DNA of 64,000 bases from Escherichia phage a20: the sequence record OQ067374.1; one strand, given 5' to 3'. Positions within the stretch are counted from its first letter, which is position 1, and every line of letters begins with the position of its first letter. This document shows, piece after piece, positions 1-12,066 of the stretch. The position numbers and the translations under genes were made by a program. The notes beneath the pieces were generated by a model. That model was not told the DNA's origin. It saw only the letters and a list, made by a program, of their open reading frames with translations, and made no database searches.

Positions 1-2317
<2,317 letters not shown>

Positions 2318-2344
2318 AAATAAAGCAAATTAAGAGGAATTAAA

Positions 2345-4327
2345 ATGTCACTTCTCTCTCCGGGCGTTGAGCTCAAAGAAACTACCGTACAGAGTACTGT
2401 AGTTAATAACTCCACTGGTACTGCTGCCCTGGCTGGAAAATTCCAATGGGGACCTGCATTCCAGATTAAACAAATCACTGATGAAGTTGCATTAGTTGAT
2501 ATGTTTGGTACTCCTAATACGGATACAGCAGATTATTTCATGTCTGCTATGAACTTCCTTCAATATGGTAATGACCTTCGTGTTGTACGCGCAGTTGACC
2601 GTGATACTGCTAAGAACTCATCTCCTGTAGCAGGCAATATTGAATTCACAATCTCTGCTGCTGGTAGTAACTATGCAGTTGGTGATAAAATTATCGTTAA
2701 GTATTTGACCGAAACTGTTGAAGCAGATGGTTATGTCACTTCAGTTGATGTCGATGGTAAAATTCTTAGCATTTATATCCCAACCGGTAAAATTATTGCT
2801 CGTGCAAAAGAAATTAATGAATATCCGGCATTGGGTTCTAACTGGACCGCCGAAGTTGCCAGTTCTTCTTCTGGACTCTCTGGCGTTATTACAATTGGTT
2901 CTATCGTAACCGATTCGGGTATTCTGTTAACTGAAGTTGAAACTTCTGAAGAAGCTATTACTTCTCTAACTTTCCAAGAATCTATTAAAAAATATGGTGT
3001 CCCAGGCGTAGTTGCTCTTTATCCTGGTGAACTTGGCGACCAGCTCGAAATTGAAATCGTATCTAAAGCAGACTATGACAAAGGTGCTTCAGCCCAGTTA
3101 AAAATTTATCCTGATGGTGGTACTCGCGCATCTACTGCTAAAGCAATCTTTGGGTATGGCCCACAAACTGATGACCAATATGCAATTATCGTTCGTCGTA
3201 ACGATGCTGTAGTCCAGAGTGTAGTTCTTTCTACTAAACGCGGTGAACGCGATATTTATGGTAGTAATATCTTTATTGATGATTTCTTTGCTAAAGGCGC
3301 AAGCAATTATATTTTCGCTACTGCACAAGGTTGGCCAAAAGGTTTCTCTGGCGTAATCAAACTGGGCGGTGGCTTATCATCTAATGAAACGGTTGACGCT
3401 GGTGATTTAATGGAAGCTTGGGATTTGTTTGCTGACCGCGAATCTGTTAATGCGCAGTTGTTTATTGCTGGTTCTTGTGCAGGTGAATCTTTAGAAGTTG
3501 CTTCTACAGTTCAGAAACATGTTGTAGCAATTGGTGATTCTCGCCAAGATTGCTTGGTTCTTTGCTCACCGCCACGTGCAACTATAGTCGGTATTCCTGT
3601 TAATCGTGCAGTTGATAATCTGGTTGATTGGCGTACTGCGTCAGGAACTTACACTGATAATAACTTTAATGTAAGTTCTACTTATGCTGCTATTGACGGT
3701 AACTATAAATATCAATATGATAAATATAATGATGTGAATCGTTGGGTTCCATTAGCTGCTGATATTGCCGGTCTTTGTGCTCGCACAGACAATATTTCTC
3801 AGCCTTGGATGTCTCCTGCCGGTTATAACCGTGGACAAATTCTTAACGTTATTAAGCTTGCAATTGAAACTCGTCAACCACAGCGTGATCGTTTGTATCA
3901 GGAAGCTATTAACCCTGTTACTGGTACCGGTGGTGATGGGTATGTTCTGTACGGCGATAAAACTGCCACTTCTGTTCCTTCACCATTTGACCGTATTAAC
4001 GTTCGTCGTTTGTTCAATATGGTTAAAACGAACATTGGTTCAGCATCTAAATATCGTCTGTTTGAATTGAACAACGCATTTACCCGTTCTTCTTTCCGTA
4101 CAGAGACTTCTCAATATCTACAGGGTATTAAAGCTCTTGGTGGTGTATATAACTTTAAAGTTGTTTGTGATACTACCAATAACACTCCAGCAGTTATCGA
4201 CCGTAATGAATTTGTAGCTACTTTCTACTTACAACCTGCCCGCTCGATAAATTATATTACGTTGAACTTTGTAGCAACAGCAACTGGTGCCGATTTCGAC
4301 GAACTGATTGGTGCTGTAGGTGGTTAA
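2345..4327 (+). CDS. 18: contractile tail sheath protein gp18
   Basis: 660 aa (T4 gp18 is about 659); begins MSLLSPGVELKETTV; late promoter TATAAATA upstream. Confidence 0.96.
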   Translation: MSLLSPGVELKETTVQSTVVNNSTGTAALAGKFQWGPAFQIKQITDEVALVDMFGTPNTDTADYFMSAMNFLQYGNDLRVVRAVDRDTAKNSSPVAGNIEFTISAAGSNYAVGDKIIVKYLTETVEADGYVTSVDVDGKILSIYIPTGKIIARAKEINEYPALGSNWTAEVASSSSGLSGVITIGSIVTDSGILLTEVETSEEAITSLTFQESIKKYGVPGVVALYPGELGDQLEIEIVSKADYDKGASAQLKIYPDGGTRASTAKAIFGYGPQTDDQYAIIVRRNDAVVQSVVLSTKRGERDIYGSNIFIDDFFAKGASNYIFATAQGWPKGFSGVIKLGGGLSSNETVDAGDLMEAWDLFADRESVNAQLFIAGSCAGESLEVASTVQKHVVAIGDSRQDCLVLCSPPRATIVGIPVNRAVDNLVDWRTASGTYTDNNFNVSSTYAAIDGNYKYQYDKYNDVNRWVPLAADIAGLCARTDNISQPWMSPAGYNRGQILNVIKLAIETRQPQRDRLYQEAINPVTGTGGDGYVLYGDKTATSVPSPFDRINVRRLFNMVKTNIGSASKYRLFELNNAFTRSSFRTETSQYLQGIKALGGVYNFKVVCDTTNNTPAVIDRNEFVATFYLQPARSINYITLNFVATATGADFDELIGAVGG

Positions 4328-4359
4328 TAAGACGCCTGATGGGCTATTTCGGTAGCCCA

Positions 4360-4367
4360 TATAAATA
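4360..4367 (+). promoter_or_regulatory. late promoter (TATAAATA) for gene 19
   Basis: Exact TATAAATA upstream of gene 19, just after a hairpin. Confidence 0.65.
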
Positions 4368-4439
4368 TACTATATCGTTTAAAAATTAATTCTATGGGCC
4401 TCCGGTTAATCCTAAGCCCATATTACTACAGAGGCTAAT

Positions 4440-4931
4440 ATGTTTGTAGATGACGTAACTCGCGCCTTCGAATCTGGTGATTTCGCTCGCCCTAACCTGT
4501 TCGAAGTAGAAATCTCTTATCTTGGGCAAAACTTTAGCTTCCAGTGTCGTGCTACGGCTCTTCCTGCTGCGATCGTTGAAAAGGTTCCTGTTTCTTATAT
4601 GAACCGTAAAATTAACGTGGCCGGTGATCGTACATTCGATGATTGGACTATTACAGTAATGAACGATGATGCTCATAGCATTCGTCAGAAATTTGTTGAT
4701 TGGCAAGGTATTGCAGCAGGACAAGGTAATGAAATTACCGGTGGTAAACCTGCTGAATATAAAAAGTCTGCTATCGTTCGTCAATTTGCCCGTGATGCTA
4801 AAACGGTCACTAAAGAAGTTGAAATTGTCGGCTTGTGGCCTACTAACGTTGGCGAAGTATCTCTTGACTGGGACAGCAATAACGAGATTGAAACGTTCGA
4901 AGTAACTCTTGCTCTTGATTGGTGGGAATAA
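4440..4931 (+). CDS. 19: tail tube protein gp19
   Basis: 163 aa, position and size match T4 gp19; preceded by late promoter. Confidence 0.93.
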   Translation: MFVDDVTRAFESGDFARPNLFEVEISYLGQNFSFQCRATALPAAIVEKVPVSYMNRKINVAGDRTFDDWTITVMNDDAHSIRQKFVDWQGIAAGQGNEITGGKPAEYKKSAIVRQFARDAKTVTKEVEIVGLWPTNVGEVSLDWDSNNEIETFEVTLALDWWE

Positions 4932-4979
4932 TCCGGTTGGGGAGAAATCCCCAGCTTCCCGTGATGACGGAGAAGTCCA

Positions 4980-4987
4980 TATAAATA
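4980..4987 (+). promoter_or_regulatory. late promoter (TATAAATA) for gene 20
   Basis: Exact TATAAATA about 29 nt upstream of the gene 20 ATG. Confidence 0.7.
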
Positions 4988-5015
4988 TAACTATAATTCC
5001 CATTCGGAGAATACA

Positions 5016-6587
5016 ATGAAATTTAATATCTTAAGTTTGTTTGCTCCATGGGCAAAAATGGACGAACGTGATTACAAAGACCAAGAAAAAGAAAATTTAG
5101 AATCTATCACCTCACCAAAATTGGACGACGGCGCTAAAGAATACGAAGTATCTGAAAATGAAGCACAGCAAACATATAATGCTATGTTTCAGAGAATGTT
5201 CGGTAGTCAAGAACCAGGGCTCAAATCAACCCGTGAATTAATCGATACGTATCGAAATTTGATGACGAACTATGAAGTGGATAACGCGGTCTCTGAAATA
5301 GTTTCCGATGCTATCGTATATGAAGATGATACAGAAGTCGTTTCTATAAATTTAGACAACACAAAATTTAGTCCAAATATCAAATCAATGATGTTGGATG
5401 AATTTAACGAAGTGTTGAATCATTTATCTTTCCAACGTAAAGGTTCAGATCATTTTAGACGTTGGTATGTGGATTCTCGAATTTTCTTCCATAAAATTAT
5501 TGACCCTAAACGCCCTAAAGAAGGTATTAAAGAGCTTCGTCGTTTAGACCCACGTCAAGTTCAATATGTCCGTGAAGTTATTACAACTACTGAAGCTGGT
5601 GTTAAAATAGTCAAGGGTTATAAAGAATATTTCATTTATGACACATCACACGAATCTTATGCTTGTGATGGTCGCATATATGAAGCGGGCACAAAAATAA
5701 AAATCCCTAAAGCCGCGATTGTTTACGCCCATTCTGGTTTAGTTGATTGTTGTGGTAAAAATATCATCGGTTATTTGCATCGGGCTATTAAGCCAGCGAA
5801 CCAATTAAAACTTCTTGAAGATGCTGTCGTAATTTATCGTATTACTCGTGCTCCCGATCGTCGTGTATGGTACGTTGATACAGGTAATATGCCTTCAAGA
5901 AAAGCAGCAGAACATATGCAACATGTTATGAATACGATGAAAAACCGTATTGCATATGATGCTACTACAGGCAAGATTAAAAACCAGCAGCATATTATGT
6001 CGATGACCGAAGATTATTGGTTACAACGACGTGATGGTAAAGCAGTAACAGAAGTTGACACATTACCGGGTGCAGATAATACCGGAAATATGGAAGATGT
6101 ACGTTGGTTCCGTAATGCGCTTTATATGGCTTTACGTATTCCTATTACCCGTATTCCAAGTGACCAAGGTGGTATACAGTTTGATGCTGGTACTTCTATT
6201 ACACGAGATGAATTGTCATTTGGTAAATTTATTCGTGAGCTGCAACATAAATTTGAAGAGATATTCCTAGACCCGCTTAAAACTAATTTAATTCTTAAAG
6301 GAATTATTACAGAAGATGAGTGGAATGTTGAAATAAATAATATTAAGATAAAATTTCATCGGGATAGTTATTTCTCGGAATTAAAGGATGCTGAGATTCT
6401 GGAGCGTCGCATTAATATGCTTCAGATGGCCGAACCATTTATTGGTAAATATATTTCTCACAGAACAGCTATGAAAGATATTCTTCAGATGTCTGACGAG
6501 GAAATTGAACAAGAGGCTAAGCAAATTGAAGAAGAGTCGAAAGAGGCTCGTTTCCAAGACCCCGACCAAGAACAAGAGGATTTTTAA
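5016..6587 (+). CDS. 20: portal vertex protein gp20
   Basis: 523 aa, synteny after gene 19 and size match T4 gp20; late promoter upstream. Confidence 0.95.
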   Translation: MKFNILSLFAPWAKMDERDYKDQEKENLESITSPKLDDGAKEYEVSENEAQQTYNAMFQRMFGSQEPGLKSTRELIDTYRNLMTNYEVDNAVSEIVSDAIVYEDDTEVVSINLDNTKFSPNIKSMMLDEFNEVLNHLSFQRKGSDHFRRWYVDSRIFFHKIIDPKRPKEGIKELRRLDPRQVQYVREVITTTEAGVKIVKGYKEYFIYDTSHESYACDGRIYEAGTKIKIPKAAIVYAHSGLVDCCGKNIIGYLHRAIKPANQLKLLEDAVVIYRITRAPDRRVWYVDTGNMPSRKAAEHMQHVMNTMKNRIAYDATTGKIKNQQHIMSMTEDYWLQRRDGKAVTEVDTLPGADNTGNMEDVRWFRNALYMALRIPITRIPSDQGGIQFDAGTSITRDELSFGKFIRELQHKFEEIFLDPLKTNLILKGIITEDEWNVEINNIKIKFHRDSYFSELKDAEILERRINMLQMAEPFIGKYISHRTAMKDILQMSDEEIEQEAKQIEEESKEARFQDPDQEQEDF

Positions 6588-6823
6588 TGGACGATTTAAT
6601 TCAAGCTATTAAATCAAACGACCTCGTTGCTACTCGAAAGTTTTTTGAAAGTGCAATGGCAGAAAAAACGGTTCGTTTGATTGAAGCACGCAAAGCAGAA
6701 ATCGCTTCTCAATTTTTGATTGAAGGCGAAGAACCTGAAGAAGAAAAGAAAGCTAAAGCTTCGGAAGACGACGCTGATGAAGGCGATGACGACGAAGACG
6801 AAGATGATGAGGACGATGAATAA
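6587..6823 (+). CDS. 67: prohead core protein gp67
   Basis: 78 aa with acidic D/E-rich C-terminus; start overlaps gene 20 stop (TAATG). Confidence 0.85.
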   Translation: MDDLIQAIKSNDLVATRKFFESAMAEKTVRLIEARKAEIASQFLIEGEEPEEEKKAKASEDDADEGDDDEDEDDEDDE

Positions 6824-7248
6824 TGTATCTTATCCCTGAATCTTATGAATTGGTACTCGAAAATGTCGAAGCACTTATTCCTGAAGCACAGGGCCGAATC
6901 GATGCATTGTCTTCTGCTCTCGATATTGACGATATAAATACTATTATCGAGAACATGCTTGAAACTGAAACGGATTTAGCTGTTGCAATGGCTTCCATTA
7001 TTAATGAAGAACAGTTAAATGAGTTTATCGTTAAACATGTTTCTTCTCGTGGTGAAGTCACCCGCACTAAAGACCGTAAAACTCGTGAACGTAATGCGTT
7101 CCAAACCACTGGTCTTTCTAAAGCAAAACGTAGACAAATCGCTCGTAAGGTCGTTAAAGCTAAAAAAGCTAACCCTTCAGGCCAAGTTAAAGGCTTGCGT
7201 AAGCGTAAAAAGGCTCTTAAACGTCGTAAAGCATTAGGATTAAGCTAA
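6823..7248 (+). CDS. 68: prohead core protein gp68
   Basis: 141 aa with basic C-terminus; synteny between 67 and 21. Confidence 0.82.
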   Translation: MYLIPESYELVLENVEALIPEAQGRIDALSSALDIDDINTIIENMLETETDLAVAMASIINEEQLNEFIVKHVSSRGEVTRTKDRKTRERNAFQTTGLSKAKRRQIARKVVKAKKANPSGQVKGLRKRKKALKRRKALGLS

Positions 7249-7889
7249 TGAATAAACCCGAGTTACTTATTGAAACTTGGGGTCAACCCGGTGAGATTAT
7301 TGATGGTGTTCCAATGTTGGAATCTCATGATGGAAAAGATTCTGGCTTAAAACCAGGGCTTTATATAGAAGGTATTTTTCTTCAGGCAGAGGTTGTTAAC
7401 CGAAATAAACGTTTATATCCTAAACGCGTTTTGGAAAAAGCAGTAAGTGACTATATTAAAGAACAAGTCGCAACCAAACAAGCCCTTGGAGAATTAAACC
7501 ATCCACCTCGCGCAAATGTTGACCCTATGCAAGCCGCTATCATTATTGAAGATATGTGGTGGAAAGGAAACGATGTATATGGACGCGCTAGAATTATTGA
7601 AGGCGACCATGGTCCCGGTGATAAATTAGCTGCTAATATACGAGCTGGTTGGATTCCAGGTGTTTCCTCTCGTGGTCTTGGTTCTTTAACCGACACCAAT
7701 AAAGGGTACCGTATCGTGAACGAAGGATTTAAATTAACCGTCGGCGTAGATGCCGTATGGGGACCTTCTGCTCCAGATGCTTGGGTTACTCCTAAACAAA
7801 TATCAGAATCAGAAAATTCGGTGGAAATCACCAAAAACAGTGCTGATGAAGCATTTAAAGCTCTCGCAGAGAGTTTAAAAGCATTATAA
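7248..7889 (+). CDS. 21: prohead core protease gp21
   Basis: 213 aa (T4 gp21 is 212); synteny. Confidence 0.93.
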   Translation: MNKPELLIETWGQPGEIIDGVPMLESHDGKDSGLKPGLYIEGIFLQAEVVNRNKRLYPKRVLEKAVSDYIKEQVATKQALGELNHPPRANVDPMQAAIIIEDMWWKGNDVYGRARIIEGDHGPGDKLAANIRAGWIPGVSSRGLGSLTDTNKGYRIVNEGFKLTVGVDAVWGPSAPDAWVTPKQISESENSVEITKNSADEAFKALAESLKAL

Positions 7890-7892
7890 ATA
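7885..7892 (+). promoter_or_regulatory. late promoter (TATAAATA) for gene 22
   Basis: Exact TATAAATA about 31 nt upstream of the gene 22 ATG. Confidence 0.7.
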
Positions 7893-7922
7893 ATAATGTA
7901 ATCTAAACCACAGGACACTAAA

Positions 7923-8735
7923 ATGATCAAAGAACAACTTTTGAAAGAAGCTCAGAATATCGAGACTTCAGTTGCTCTTAATAGTGTTTTCGAATCAGTA
8001 GAACTGTCTCCGGACGTTAAAGCTAATTTCAGCACTGTATTCGAAGCCACCGTTAAGCAGGAAGCAGTCAAACTAGCTGAATCTCATATCAAAGCTATCG
8101 CCGAAAAAGCCGAAGAAGAAGTTGAAAAGGCTAAAGAAGATGCTGAAGAGAAAGCTGATAAAAAATTGGCTGAACAAGCTTCTAAATTCCTAGACCATCT
8201 TGCAAAAGAATGGCTCACAGAAAACCAAATCGCAGTTGATAAAGGCATTAAAGCTGATTTGTTCGAATCCATGCTTGGTGGTCTGAAAGAACTGTTTGTT
8301 GAACATAACGTTGTTGTTCCAGAAGAATCTGTAGATGTTGTAGCAGAAATGGAAGAAGAGCTGGCCGAACATAAAGAAGAAACCGCTCGTTTGTTCGAAG
8401 AAGTTACCAAACGTGATGCATATATCAATTACGTTCAGCGTGAAACCGCTATTAATGAAAGCGTAAAAGACTTGACTGAATCTCAGAAAGAAAAAGTTAT
8501 TGGCCTGGTTGAAGGTATGGATTATTCTGACGCATTTGGTACTAAGTTAACTGCTATTGTAGAAATGGTTAAAGGTTCTACTAAAGAAGAAGCCGCTATT
8601 ACCGAAAGTATAAATACAGTTGACAATGACGCTGCCGGTCTTAATTTTGTTGCCGAAGCAGTTGACACTACCACAACTCAGGTAGAACAGAATTCTAATG
8701 TAAGTTTATATGCGAAAGTCGCATCTCGTTTCTAA
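7923..8735 (+). CDS. 22: prohead core scaffold protein gp22
   Basis: 270 aa, acidic coiled-coil-like; late promoter upstream; carries the gene 23 late promoter near its 3' end. Confidence 0.92.
   Translation: MIKEQLLKEAQNIETSVALNSVFESVELSPDVKANFSTVFEATVKQEAVKLAESHIKAIAEKAEEEVEKAKEDAEEKADKKLAEQASKFLDHLAKEWLTENQIAVDKGIKADLFESMLGGLKELFVEHNVVVPEESVDVVAEMEEELAEHKEETARLFEEVTKRDAYINYVQRETAINESVKDLTESQKEKVIGLVEGMDYSDAFGTKLTAIVEMVKGSTKEEAAITESINTVDNDAAGLNFVAEAVDTTTTQVEQNSNVSLYAKVASRF
8609..8616 (+). promoter_or_regulatory. late promoter (TATAAATA) for gene 23, inside gene 22 coding sequence
   Basis: Exact TATAAATA about 140 nt upstream of the gene 23 ATG. Confidence 0.6.
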
Positions 8736-8752
8736 TTTAAAGGTTAACACAA

Positions 8753-10321
8753 ATGACTACTATCAAAACTAAAGCTCAGCTCGTAGACAAATGGAAAGAA
8801 CTGCTGGAAGGTGAAGGCCTGCCGGAAATCGCTAATAGCAAGCAGGCTATTATCGCTAAAATCTTCGAAAACCAGGAAAAAGATTTCGAAGTATCCCCTG
8901 AATATAAAGACGAGAAAATCGCTCAGGCATTTGGTTCTTTCTTGACCGAAGCTGAAATTGGTGGTGACCATGGTTATAATGCTCAGAACATCGCAGCAGG
9001 TCAAACCTCTGGTGCAGTAACCCAAATTGGGCCGGCAGTTATGGGTATGGTTCGTCGTGCTATTCCTAATCTGATTGCTTTTGATATTTGTGGTGTTCAG
9101 CCTATGAACAGCCCGACCGGTCAGGTATTTGCTCTCCGTGCAGTATATGGTAAAGACCCTATCGCTGCTGGCGCTAAAGAAGCTTTCCATCCGATGTATG
9201 CCCCAGACGCGATGTTCTCTGGTCAGGGTGCTGCTAAGAAATTCCCAGCTCTGGCTGCTAGCACACAAACCACAGTAGGTGATATCTATACTCACTTCTT
9301 CCAGGAAACTGGTACTGTATATCTGCAAGCTTCTGTTCAAGTAACAATCGATGCCGGTGCGACTGATGCTGATAAATTAGATGCCGAAGTTAAGAAACAA
9401 ATGGAAGCTGGTGCACTGGTAGAAATCGCTGAAGGTATGGCTACTTCTATCGCTGAACTCCAGGAAGGTTTCAACGGTTCTACCGATAACCCATGGAATG
9501 AAATGGGCTTCCGTATCGATAAACAAGTTATCGAAGCTAAATCTCGCCAGCTGAAAGCTGCTTACTCTATCGAATTAGCACAAGACCTCCGTGCAGTACA
9601 CGGTATGGATGCTGATGCTGAACTGAGCGGTATTCTGGCTACAGAAATTATGCTAGAAATCAACCGTGAAGTTGTTGATTGGATTAACTACTCAGCACAG
9701 GTCGGTAAATCTGGTATGACCCTGACTCCGGGTTCTAAAGCTGGTGTATTTGACTTCCAGGACCCGATTGATATCCGTGGTGCTCGTTGGGCCGGTGAAA
9801 GCTTTAAATCTCTGTTGTTCCAGATTGATAAAGAAGCAGTTGAAATTGCTCGTCAAACCGGTCGTGGTGAAGGTAACTTCATTATCGCTTCCCGTAACGT
9901 AGTTAACGTACTGGCTTCAGTTGATACTGGTATTTCTTACGCTGCACAGGGTCTGGCTTCTGGTTTTAATACCGACACTACTAAGTCTGTATTTGCCGGT
10001 GTACTTGGTGGTAAATACCGCGTATACATCGACCAGTATGCTAAACAGGATTACTTCACCGTTGGTTACAAAGGCGCTAACGAAATGGATGCAGGTATTT
10101 ACTATGCTCCTTACGTTGCACTTACCCCACTGCGTGGTTCCGATCCTAAGAACTTCCAGCCGGTAATGGGCTTTAAAACTCGTTACGGTATCGGTGTTAA
10201 CCCGTTTGCTGAAAGTTCCCTGCAGGCTCCAGGTGCTCGCATCCAGTCCGGTATGCCGTCTATCCTGAACAGCCTTGGTAAGAACGCTTACTTTAGACGC
10301 GTCTACGTTAAAGGAATTTAA
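8753..10321 (+). CDS. 23: major capsid protein gp23
   Basis: 522 aa (T4 gp23 is 521); begins MTTIKTKAQLVDKWKELLEGEGLPEIANSKQ; highly expression-biased codon usage; followed by strong terminator. Confidence 0.98.
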   Translation: MTTIKTKAQLVDKWKELLEGEGLPEIANSKQAIIAKIFENQEKDFEVSPEYKDEKIAQAFGSFLTEAEIGGDHGYNAQNIAAGQTSGAVTQIGPAVMGMVRRAIPNLIAFDICGVQPMNSPTGQVFALRAVYGKDPIAAGAKEAFHPMYAPDAMFSGQGAAKKFPALAASTQTTVGDIYTHFFQETGTVYLQASVQVTIDAGATDADKLDAEVKKQMEAGALVEIAEGMATSIAELQEGFNGSTDNPWNEMGFRIDKQVIEAKSRQLKAAYSIELAQDLRAVHGMDADAELSGILATEIMLEINREVVDWINYSAQVGKSGMTLTPGSKAGVFDFQDPIDIRGARWAGESFKSLLFQIDKEAVEIARQTGRGEGNFIIASRNVVNVLASVDTGISYAAQGLASGFNTDTTKSVFAGVLGGKYRVYIDQYAKQDYFTVGYKGANEMDAGIYYAPYVALTPLRGSDPKNFQPVMGFKTRYGIGVNPFAESSLQAPGARIQSGMPSILNSLGKNAYFRRVYVKGI

Positions 10322-10350
10322 TGCTTTAACGTTAAAATACATAACCTTAT

Positions 10351-10380
10351 GGGAGACTTCGGTCTCCCATTTTTGGTTTT
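10351..10380 (+). terminator. intrinsic terminator after gene 23 (GGGAGAC-UUCG-GUCUCCC hairpin plus U-tract)
   Basis: Perfect 7-bp GC-rich stem with UUCG tetraloop, followed by TTTTTGGTTTT. Confidence 0.85.
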
Positions 10381-10648
10381 ATTTCTGTGCAATTTCGATG
10401 TAAGTTTTCAAAATATTTTGCCAATTAGGCATACCTTCTTGGACATATGCCGGAGAACCGTCTTTGTTTTTGAATGATGCAAGTTTATCAGTGGCCCAAT
10501 AACCTTTAGCTCGAGCTTCAGAATCAACTTTCATCCATACTTTGTTGAAGGCATTACCATTAACTTTTGCACCATATTTTTCTACTAACTTAACTGCTTC
10601 AGCTTCCAGAACTTTTAAAGTATCTCGTAAGAAACGTGCTTTAGTCAT
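10379..10648 (-). CDS. hypothetical 89-aa early protein (orphan, antisense between genes 23 and 24)
   Basis: ORF with Shine-Dalgarno GAGGAG 8 nt upstream of ATG and an early-type promoter (GTTTAC, 18 nt, TACTAT) just upstream on minus strand; no family recognised. Confidence 0.55.
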   Translation of the reverse strand: MTKARFLRDTLKVLEAEAVKLVEKYGAKVNGNAFNKVWMKVDSEARAKGYWATDKLASFKNKDGSPAYVQEGMPNWQNILKTYIEIAQK

Positions 10649-10669
10649 TTTGTTTACTCCTCTGTAGTT

Positions 10670-10708
10670 GATAAGTCTATAGTATCACGTACCAAATACG
10701 TTGTAAAC
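10670..10708 (-). promoter_or_regulatory. early-type promoter (GTTTAC -35, TACTAT -10) for the 89-aa orphan gene
   Basis: Minus-strand GTTTAC, 18 nt, TACTAT, then SD and ATG. Confidence 0.55.
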
Positions 10709-10714
10709 AATCTT

Positions 10715-10722
10715 TATAAATA
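10715..10722 (+). promoter_or_regulatory. late promoter (TATAAATA) for gene 24
   Basis: Exact TATAAATA about 28 nt upstream of the gene 24 ATG; back-to-back with a minus-strand early promoter. Confidence 0.7.
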
Positions 10723-10749
10723 ATCTATATCACATAAGGAAAAAATGCA

Positions 10750-12030
10750 ATGAGTAAAATCCAAAAATTATTGCGTGAATCTACAACGTCTACTAGCAAC
10801 TCAATTGGTCGCCCAAATCTCGTTGCTTTGACTCGCGCTACGACTAAATTAATATATTCTGACATTGTAGCAACACAAAGAACTAATCAACCTGTTGCTG
10901 CTTTTTATGGTATCAAATATCTTAACCCAGACAATGAATTTACATTTAAAACTGGTGCTACTTATGCTGGCGAAGTTGGATATGTAGACCGAGAAAAAAT
11001 TACTGAGCTCACAGAAGAATCAAAAGTCACACTAAATAAAGGCGATTTTTTCAAATATAATAATATCGTCTATAAAGTGTTAGAAGATGCACCATTTGCA
11101 GATATTCAAGAAAGTGATCTAGAATTAGCTCTTCAGATTGCGGTCGTTCATTTGAAGGTACGGTTATTTTCAGATGCAGCGGTAACAAGCAAATTTGAAA
11201 GCTCTGGTAGCGAAATTTCTGATGCAAGATTCCAGATTAATAAATGGCAAACTTCAGTCAAATCTCGTAAACTTAAAACTGGCCTCACGGTTGAATTAGC
11301 GCAAGATTTGGAAGCGAATGGATTTGATGCCCCTAACTTCTTAGAAGATTTGCTTGCTACTGAAATGGCTGATGAAATTAATAAAGATATTCTTCAGTCT
11401 TTAATTACTGTATCGAAACGGTATAAAGTTACTGGAATTACTGACACTGGATTTATTGACTTGAGCTATGCATCCGCTCCAGAAGCAGGTCGTTCATTAT
11501 ATCGAATGGTGTGTGAAATGGTATCACACATTCAAAAAGAGACAACTTATACTGCAACGTTTTGTGTAGCCTCAGCTCGTGCAGCTGCTATTCTTGCTGC
11601 TTCTGGTTGGTTAAAACATAAGCCAGAAGATGACAAGTATCTTTCACAAAATGCTTATGGATTCTTGGCAAATGGATTACCTCTTTACTGCGATACCAAC
11701 AGTCCGTTAGATTATGTTGTTGTGGGTGTTGTAGAAAATATCGGCGAAAAAGAAATTGTAGGGTCCATCTTTTATGCTCCATACACTGAAGGAGTAGATT
11801 TAGATGACCCGGAACATGTCGGTGCTTTTAAAGTTGTAGTTGATCCAGAAAGCTTGCAACCGTCTATTGGATTATTGGTTAGATATGCTTTATCAGCAAA
11901 TCCTTACACAGTAGCAAAAGACGAAAAAGAAGCGAGAATAATTGATGGTGGGGACATGGATAAAATGGCAGGACGTTCAGACTTGTCTGTTTTACTCGGT
12001 GTTAAATTGCCTAAAATTATTATAGATTAA
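10750..12030 (+). CDS. 24: capsid vertex protein gp24
   Basis: 426 aa (T4 gp24 is 427); gp23 paralog; late promoter at 10715-10722. Confidence 0.95.
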   Translation: MSKIQKLLRESTTSTSNSIGRPNLVALTRATTKLIYSDIVATQRTNQPVAAFYGIKYLNPDNEFTFKTGATYAGEVGYVDREKITELTEESKVTLNKGDFFKYNNIVYKVLEDAPFADIQESDLELALQIAVVHLKVRLFSDAAVTSKFESSGSEISDARFQINKWQTSVKSRKLKTGLTVELAQDLEANGFDAPNFLEDLLATEMADEINKDILQSLITVSKRYKVTGITDTGFIDLSYASAPEAGRSLYRMVCEMVSHIQKETTYTATFCVASARAAAILAASGWLKHKPEDDKYLSQNAYGFLANGLPLYCDTNSPLDYVVVGVVENIGEKEIVGSIFYAPYTEGVDLDDPEHVGAFKVVVDPESLQPSIGLLVRYALSANPYTVAKDEKEARIIDGGDMDKMAGRSDLSVLLGVKLPKIIID

Positions 12031-12040
12031 TAAAAAAAAA

Positions 12041-12066
12041 GGGACCGTAAGGTCCCTTTTTTTCGT
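12041..12066. terminator. bidirectional terminator between gene 24 (+) and rnlB (-)
   Basis: Hairpin GGGACC-GTAA-GGTCCC flanked by an A9 run upstream and a T7 run downstream. Confidence 0.8.

Noticed and set aside
4392-5003. 203-aa minus-strand ORF fully overlapping gene 19
   Set aside because: Antisense shadow ORF inside a highly conserved late structural gene; no promoter or SD context and low-complexity composition.
7451-7930. 159-aa minus-strand ORF overlapping gene 21
   Set aside because: Antisense to the prohead protease gene within a plus-strand late operon.
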